DNA of 64,000 nucleotides from Alkalispirochaeta sp. (lineage in GTDB: Bacteria; Spirochaetota; Spirochaetia; DSM-27196; Alkalispirochaetaceae), in the NCBI GenBank assembly GCA_965601925.1, contig OZ271854.1:2784001-2848000 (forward strand), written 5' to 3'. The notes beneath the pieces are model-generated. The model did not search any database and had not been told where the DNA came from. It saw only the letters and a program-made list of their open reading frames with translations. Position 1 is the stretch's first letter. Each line of letters starts with the position of its first letter. The position numbers and the translations under genes were made by a program. Below, in pieces: positions 58,458 through 64,000 of this stretch.

Positions 58458-59295
58458 CGACGCGCGCCTCCATCGATTCTCGGTGGGACGACTCTTCCGT
58501 CTCTTCCTCGTCCGCCTCGGAGCGCATCCGCTTCAGCGTCGCCTGCCAGTCCTCCTCGCCGTATATCTCCGTGAGACGCCCCTCGTCCAGCTCGTCGGGC
58601 GCTCCGTCAAAGGCGATGAGCCCCTCCTTGAGCCCGATGATGCGGTCGGCGAAGGCTTGTGCGAGTTGCACGTCATGGAGATTGACGATCGCCGGAAGGT
58701 TGCGTTCCGCGCACGCCGACTTGATGAGGCGCATGATCTGGCGCGCCGTTTTGGGGTCGAGGCTGGCGGTCGGCTCGTCGACGAGGAGGAGTGTCGGCTC
58801 CTGCATGAGGGCGCGCGCGATACCGACCCGCTGCCGCTGCCCGCCCGAGAGTGCGTCGGCGCGCTTCTCGAACTGCTCCTCGAGTCCGACCTCCGAGAGG
58901 AGGCGCAGGGCGTTTCTGACGCCGTCGCCCTCGTACCGGCGCAGGAGGCTGCGTAGGAGCGACATCGTCCCCAGCTTGCCGGAGAGCACATTCTCCAGCA
59001 CCGTCAGCCGCTCTACCAGGGCGTACTCCTGAAAGATCATACCGATGCGCGTCCTCGCTCGCCGCAACCCCGATCCGGAGAGCGTCGCCAGATCGATCGA
59101 GTCCATGAGGATCGATCCCGACGTCGGGGTGACCAGGCGATTGACGCACCGGAGGAGGGTGCTCTTGCCCGCTCCCGACGGTCCGATGAGGGCGACCAGT
59201 TGTCCCCTGGTGATCGTAAGGTCGACCCCCCGGAGCGCCCGATCCCCGGTGGGGTACGTCTTTGTCAGCTCTCGTATCTCAAGCACGCGAATCAT
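58450..59295 (-). CDS. phnC: Phosphonate ABC ATP-binding protein
   Basis: '[15 protein letters not shown]', '[13 protein letters not shown]', 'DEPTASLDP', 'VNLH'. Start could also be 59286 or 59310. Confidence 0.93.
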   Translation of the reverse strand: MIRVLEIRELTKTYPTGDRALRGVDLTITRGQLVALIGPSGAGKSTLLRCVNRLVTPTSGSILMDSIDLATLSGSGLRRARTRIGMIFQEYALVERLTVLENVLSGKLGTMSLLRSLLRRYEGDGVRNALRLLSEVGLEEQFEKRADALSGGQRQRVGIARALMQEPTLLLVDEPTASLDPKTARQIMRLIKSACAERNLPAIVNLHDVQLAQAFADRIIGLKEGLIAFDGAPDELDEGRLTEIYGEEDWQATLKRMRSEADEEETEESSHRESMEARVDV

Positions 59296-59426
59296 CCCCC
59301 TCTCGTCCAAAAAAGCAAAGAGCGCCCGCCGGTCGGAATCGTACGATTCTCGGACCCTGCGGGCGCCTGGTTGGAACGGATCGATCCGGTCGAGCGACTT
59401 ACTGCACGACCGGATCGACTACGTCG

Positions 59427-60428
59427 TCAGTCGCAGATGTACTCGACCTCGTTGGCCGCGTCGATGGTGCGGATCACTGACCAGTACTCCTCGTACGTGA
59501 TTGGGATGAACTGATCCTCGCCGTTGCGTCCGAACTCCTCGGCCAGAGCGGTGCCCTCCCAATCGAAGGAGAAGAACGCTTCGCGGATGCTCTCCGCCAG
59601 CTCCGGGCTCAAGTTGTAAACGTGACCGTAGCCGGTAGTCGGAAAGGTCTGGGAGCGGTACACCGTGCGAATCTGCGATAGATCTACCAACTCGCGATCG
59701 ACCATGCGGGCAAGCACCGAGTTGGCGATCGACGCCACCTCGTAGTCGCGGTTGGCGACGCCGAGAATTGAGGTGTCGTGTGCCCCCGAGAAGGTCGTGG
59801 CAAAGTCCTCGTCGGCGATCATCCCGAACTCACCCTTGAGCAACGCGCTCGGCGCCTTGAAGCCCGAGTTGGATGTGGGCGAGGTAAACGCCAAGGTGCG
59901 ACCCCGGAGGTCCTCTACATCCTGGATGTCGCTGTCCGCCTGGGTGATAATTTCCATCTCGTAGCCGAACGAGCCGTCGGCGGAGGCCATCATAGCAAAG
60001 GGCACGAACCCGGCGCAGTTGACGGCGATGGGGTTACTGCCGGTGTTGAACCCGGCGATGTGGAGGCGGCCGGCGCGCATCGCCTCGAGCTGTGCGGCGT
60101 TCGACTGCACGGGAAAGAACTGAATCTCTCTTCCCGTCGCCTCGGCGAGGTGGTCGAGGAACTCGGCCCATACGTCGCGGTACACCTCCGGGTCCTCGAC
60201 CGGCGTATACGAAAAGATGAGCACCGGCGGGTCGACCCACTCCGCCGAGTCTTCCGGGGCGTCGGCTACCATGTCCCCGTCGCGGTCGACGAGACCGATT
60301 CGCAGATCGCCGTACTGTACCGGATCTTCCGCCGCCTCCTCCTGTGAGCCCCCGGCGACGACCGCCGTCTGCGCGGCTACGAACAATACCGCGACAAGTA
60401 TCGCCAGCTTTACGGTTCGATGTTTCAT
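59427..60428 (-). CDS. phnD: Phosphate/phosphite/phosphonate ABC substrate-binding protein
   Basis: 'YTPVEDP', 'AQLEAMRAGRLH', 'TSPTSNSG', 'SGAHD'; AGGAG RBS. Confidence 0.9.
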   Translation of the reverse strand: MKHRTVKLAILVAVLFVAAQTAVVAGGSQEEAAEDPVQYGDLRIGLVDRDGDMVADAPEDSAEWVDPPVLIFSYTPVEDPEVYRDVWAEFLDHLAEATGREIQFFPVQSNAAQLEAMRAGRLHIAGFNTGSNPIAVNCAGFVPFAMMASADGSFGYEMEIITQADSDIQDVEDLRGRTLAFTSPTSNSGFKAPSALLKGEFGMIADEDFATTFSGAHDTSILGVANRDYEVASIANSVLARMVDRELVDLSQIRTVYRSQTFPTTGYGHVYNLSPELAESIREAFFSFDWEGTALAEEFGRNGEDQFIPITYEEYWSVIRTIDAANEVEYICD

Positions 60429-60462
60429 GCACTCTCCTCTTGGTTTTTGTACAGTGTTGTCA

Positions 60463-60490
60463 TGTCAGATTTATGTTAAAGAACTGTGAA
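60463..60490 (-). promoter_or_regulatory. Pho-box-like direct repeats upstream of phnD
   Basis: Minus strand TTCACA-N5-TTAACA-N5-CTGACA, 11-bp period. Confidence 0.7.
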
Positions 60491-60606
60491 AGGAAAAAAA
60501 GACGGTTCTATTTGTCTTACATCACCGGCGGCGGACCGTAGAGGCGAGCGATTTGCCCACAGATCGTGCCGGTCACGGGGGCGAAGACCGACGGGAGAGT
60601 CGTGTC

Positions 60607-60850
60607 GTGCCCTCTCCGCCGCGGCGTGCCGAGGACGCGCTGGTCGTCGCCGATCTCGACGAGACACTCCTTCCCCTCTGTACGGGACGTCGGTGGTCGC
60701 GGGGACGGCGGCGGGAGCTGTACGGGCCGCTCATCGAGGCGACCGGCCGCGAGTTGGACCCCCGTTCAGCACGCTTCTCCCGCGCCCCGGTGGAGCGGGA
60801 TTGACACACACGTACGGCGACATCTACGGGAAGCTGACGGCCGGCACCGA
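60607..60850 (+). pseudogene. Degraded HAD-superfamily hydrolase remnant
   Basis: GGGAGA RBS and GTG; motif I 'LVVADLDETLL'; stop at 60802-60804; motif-IV-like 'HTYGD' in another frame just after. Confidence 0.5.
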
Positions 60851-60852
60851 GT

Positions 60853-62355
60853 TCATCCGTCGTATAACTCGAGAACCTCTTCCGCTGTCAGAGCACCGGC
60901 AAAGACGCGGACGTCGTCGACAAGGCCGGGAAAGAAGCGGTCCGGACCGTCCTCGTCGTTGCGCGCCCCCACCATCAGCCGGCTGTAGGTCGTCGGTAAC
61001 CCCGACGACGCGTCGGTCGCCCGCCGGCCGTCGACGTACATCAGGTACGTATCGCCCTCTCTGACCCATACGGCGTGGTGCCATCGCCCATCGTTAACCA
61101 GAGGCTCGGCGTACGCCTCCATGTCGGGGCCCCCGCTGTTGTCGAAGCCGACGCGTCCCCCGCTGGTCCTGATTTGGAATCCGACGCTCTCCGGGACGGC
61201 GAGGTCGACGATGCGTACGTTCGGCTCCCCCGTAAACTGAAACCACGCCGAGATTGAGGTGTCGCCGTCCAACGGAATGCTCAGGTCGTCGTCGGTCCAC
61301 GTATACTGGAGAAAACCGTCTAGGGCGAGGGCGGTACCGAAGCGGCCGGCGGTCAACTCCGCCTCCGCGTTGAGCGTGCCGTCGTTGCCGTTACCGCTGA
61401 CGTCGGAGACCGTCAACCCGTCGATATCGGTCTCGTCGAATGTCCAATGGAGAACGAGCTCCCTCTCCCGCGCCGTCGCGATCGTCGCCGGTAGCGGCAT
61501 CTCACCCTCGCGTTCCGCGATCCAACGGTAATCCGCCGACGGCTCGACATCCCAGAAGACGATGGAATCGAAGAAGAGCCGCGCCGGTTCGGCGATGCTG
61601 TTGCGATAGATGCCGAAGCGCGGTTGGGTGTCGACAAATCCCTTACCGAATGTCGCGTATCCCAGGCCCCCGACCCACTCGAACGCCCGTATTCCGTTGA
61701 TCCACGCCGTCACAAATCCGGTCTCGGGGTCGTGGCTCGGCAACATGTGTACTTGAATCGTGTGCCACTCGTCGTACGGTACGGTAAACTGGCGACGCAT
61801 CGGTTTGTCGTGGGAGCAGTCGACGCTGTAGGTGACGCGGATGACGATGACGGCGTACTCGTCGGCGCCGCGCACCTCCACGGCAAAGAAGGGACTCGCC
61901 AAGGGGCACGCCTCGCCGTCGACGGCGGTCGTGTTCTCTTTGATTTGGTGAATCACCGCCCGATTGTCGGCCCTGGGATAGCTGGAAGGGATAAAGACCG
62001 AGAAGGTGTACCAAACTTCCTCGTCGAAGCGCACGATCTCTTGTTGCGACTCGATCTCCGCTCGCTCCGTGGCGTCGCCGCTCCGGCCGACGAGGGCGTG
62101 ATCGCCGGAACGGACGAGGACCATCGCGGCGTTGTCCCCGTCGATCGCGCCGACATCGTCTCGGACGGCAAAGCGATACGCGACGCTCTCGTCGCTTGGG
62201 CGCCACACGTCGAAGTCGAGCTCCTCCTCAAAGGACTCCTCGAATACGGCGGGAACGACCGGCCCCTCCGGATCGGAACATCCCGCCAACATCGCACCGC
62301 TTACGGCGGCCAGAACCATCAGTATCCGCAAACGGTATACACGCGTATCCTTCAT
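60853..62355 (-). CDS. Lipoprotein with polysaccharide-lyase-like domain and C-terminal LamG domain
   Basis: Lipobox 'LAGC'; 'ERAEI..EVWYTFSVFIP..IHQIK..PRFGIYR'; LamG 'HWTFDE..DVSGNGNDG..DGRWHH..GLVDDVRVF..ALT'. Confidence 0.8.
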   Translation of the reverse strand: MKDTRVYRLRILMVLAAVSGAMLAGCSDPEGPVVPAVFEESFEEELDFDVWRPSDESVAYRFAVRDDVGAIDGDNAAMVLVRSGDHALVGRSGDATERAEIESQQEIVRFDEEVWYTFSVFIPSSYPRADNRAVIHQIKENTTAVDGEACPLASPFFAVEVRGADEYAVIVIRVTYSVDCSHDKPMRRQFTVPYDEWHTIQVHMLPSHDPETGFVTAWINGIRAFEWVGGLGYATFGKGFVDTQPRFGIYRNSIAEPARLFFDSIVFWDVEPSADYRWIAEREGEMPLPATIATARERELVLHWTFDETDIDGLTVSDVSGNGNDGTLNAEAELTAGRFGTALALDGFLQYTWTDDDLSIPLDGDTSISAWFQFTGEPNVRIVDLAVPESVGFQIRTSGGRVGFDNSGGPDMEAYAEPLVNDGRWHHAVWVREGDTYLMYVDGRRATDASSGLPTTYSRLMVGARNDEDGPDRFFPGLVDDVRVFAGALTAEEVLELYDG

Positions 62356-62508
62356 CGCCGGCCCTTCCTTCATCATGTTGTAGATGTAGGTGCAGCCTAC
62401 CGGCGCGCGGCGATACGGTCAAAAAGTCTTTTTGTGAAAGTGTATGATTATCATCATCACTTATCGTATCCGGGCTGCACATTGTGGATTTGCCCGCTCG
62501 TTTCGACG

Positions 62509-63507
62509 TTACACCCCGAGGCTCGCCTTCGCCTCGCGTATCAGTTGATTCGAGTAACCCCACTCGTTGTCGTACCAGGCAAAGACTTTTACCAGGTCGC
62601 CGTCGACAACCTGCGTCAGGGTCAGATCGACGATACTTGCGTGCGAATCCCCGACGATATCCGATGAGACGATCTCATCGTCGGAGGCGGCGAGTACGTC
62701 TCGGTAGCGATCGCTCGAAGCCTCCTCGCGAAACACCGCATTGATCTCATCGACCGATGTTCGCCGAGAGGTAACGAAGGTCAGATCCGAGATGGACCCG
62801 ACCGGAATAGGGACGCGCAACGCCCGCCCGTCGAACTTGCCGGCGTACTGGGGAAGCACCTTCGTCGTCGCGATCGCCGCGCCGGTCGTGAAGGGGACGA
62901 TGTTTTGCGCCGCGGCCCGGCCCGCGCGCCTCTTTCTGGCCGGAAGGTCCACGATACTTTGGCTCGCGGTATAGGCGTGGACCGTCGTGAGAACCGCCTT
63001 CTCGATCCCTATGCGCCGTCCCATGACTTCGACGACCGGAGTGATACTGTTGGTGGTACAGCTGGCGCAGGAGAAGATACGCATCTCCGGAGCCTCGGGA
63101 TGCGCGACGCCGTAGACGGCCGTCGCAAGCTCCGGACTCTTCGTCGGTGCGGAGATGACGACTCGTTTGGCTCCACCGATAAGGTGCGCTTTGGCCTTGT
63201 CCATGTCCGTGAAAAGGCCGGTGCTCTCCACTACCAGATCGATGTCCAGGTCCTTCCAAGGAAGCTTGGCCGGGTCCCGTTCGCCGAGCACTTGGATGCG
63301 CGCGTCGTTTACGAGCAACGCACCACCCTCGTGCTCCACCCGGTGTTTGTAGCGTCCGTATACCGTATCGAAGTTGAGAAGATAGGCGAGACTATCCGCC
63401 GGTAAGAGGTCGTTCACCGCTACGAGCTCCAACTCGGGCTCGTCCAGGATCAGCTTGAAGACGGCGCGACCGATGCGTCCCAGTCCGTTTATTGCAAGTC
63501 GTTTCAC
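62509..63507 (-). CDS. gap: Glyceraldehyde-3-phosphate dehydrogenase, type I
   Basis: 'INGLGRIGR', 'ASCTTN', 'TTVHAYT', 'TTGAA', 'RVP', 'WYDNEWGYS'; GAGGAGG before GTG 63507. Confidence 0.95.
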   Translation of the reverse strand: MKRLAINGLGRIGRAVFKLILDEPELELVAVNDLLPADSLAYLLNFDTVYGRYKHRVEHEGGALLVNDARIQVLGERDPAKLPWKDLDIDLVVESTGLFTDMDKAKAHLIGGAKRVVISAPTKSPELATAVYGVAHPEAPEMRIFSCASCTTNSITPVVEVMGRRIGIEKAVLTTVHAYTASQSIVDLPARKRRAGRAAAQNIVPFTTGAAIATTKVLPQYAGKFDGRALRVPIPVGSISDLTFVTSRRTSVDEINAVFREEASSDRYRDVLAASDDEIVSSDIVGDSHASIVDLTLTQVVDGDLVKVFAWYDNEWGYSNQLIREAKASLGV

Positions 63508-63637
63508 GATATCCTCCTCGTATCGTTGCATCGATGTGACTGTAGATACAAGGTACTGATTCGCCGTCGCGACGGGTGTGCCGAACCCTTCCGTGGATGT
63601 CGTTGCGACGTCGGGACGATCGTGGTAGCGTCATATC

Positions 63638-64000
63638 ATCGGCGACCAACAGACCGCTACCGGTCCGACGAGAGGATACATCGTCCATTCATTTGCCCTC
63701 GCGACGGGCGAAGGCAACGCTCGCGTATGTCTGATCGGCCGTATGGAGGATGGCGCAACCTTTGCGATCATAGATACGCGCCATAACGCCGCATTCTACG
63801 TGAGAGACTCCGAACTGTCCGGAGCGTTGGATCGGTTGCGCCCGTTACAACTCGGTCGAACCGTCACGCCGCGACCGATGAGGACGATGGACGGCGAGAG
63901 CGTAACGCGGCTCGAGTTTGCAAATCAGTCCCGCCAAGCGCGGGCCGACGAGGCGCTGCGTAGTACGGGAGTGCGTACCTACGAGGCCGACCTCTCATTG
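63638..64000 (+). CDS. polB: Probable DNA polymerase II N-terminus (3' truncated; start codon uncertain)
   Basis: Open frame from 63629 to window end: 'RGYIVHSF..VCLIGRMEDGATFAIIDTR..FYVR..MRTMDGESVTRLEF..GVRTYEADL'. Confidence 0.7.
   Translation, partial: MGDQQTATGPTRGYIVHSFALATGEGNARVCLIGRMEDGATFAIIDTRHNAAFYVRDSELSGALDRLRPLQLGRTVTPRPMRTMDGESVTRLEFANQSRQARADEALRSTGVRTYEADLSL

Noticed and set aside
62432..62449. Rex operator near gap (TTGTGAA)
   Set aside because: Only one half-site, and it lies downstream of gap rather than at its promoter.
1..64000. Numerous long overlapping or antisense ORFs (e.g. 11890-12723, 22664-23296, 33454-34512, 38135-39349, 61624-62667)
   Set aside because: Expected stop-codon scarcity in high-GC coding DNA; Arg/Pro-rich or motif-free and overlapping well-supported genes.

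Overview
A 64 kb GC-rich chromosomal window, most likely from a free-living anaerobic spirochaete (Spirochaetales). The support is a DUF5312-like gene, a spirochaete-type ATP-PFK, a FliG-C-like paralogue and 'FAxGGxE'-type solute-binding-protein N-termini; all family calls come from motif recognition, not searches. Content is mostly housekeeping and metabolic: feoB (partial) and feoC, pflBA, an Fe3+-type ABC transporter, a LacI-linked sugar ABC transporter, an aminotransferase, ogt, hflX, galE, pfkA, pgi, three RNA methyltransferases, a PTS EIIA/cation:proton antiporter/patatin cluster, msrA, a dGTPase-like HD protein, mltG, a CobW-like GTPase, panE, a minimal class III cyclase, an ArsR-thioredoxin-permease unit, phnDCEE, a lyase/LamG lipoprotein, gap and the 5' part of a probable polB. 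I found no rRNA, tRNA, CRISPR array, transposase or prophage gene. The most interesting signals are non-coding: (1) an unannotated, highly structured unit of about 220 nt with its own promoter and terminator between pfkA and pgi; (2) about three tandem 109-bp units carrying a GTAG-REP-like hairpin, next to two uncharacterised genes; (3) leaderless-type promoter architecture at about a dozen genes; (4) a polB frame whose apparent N-terminus lacks a canonical start and may initiate at ATC; (5) several recognisable operators. Degenerate enzymes also stand out: a CobW without CxCC, a cyclase without the catalytic Arg, and a HAD pseudogene.
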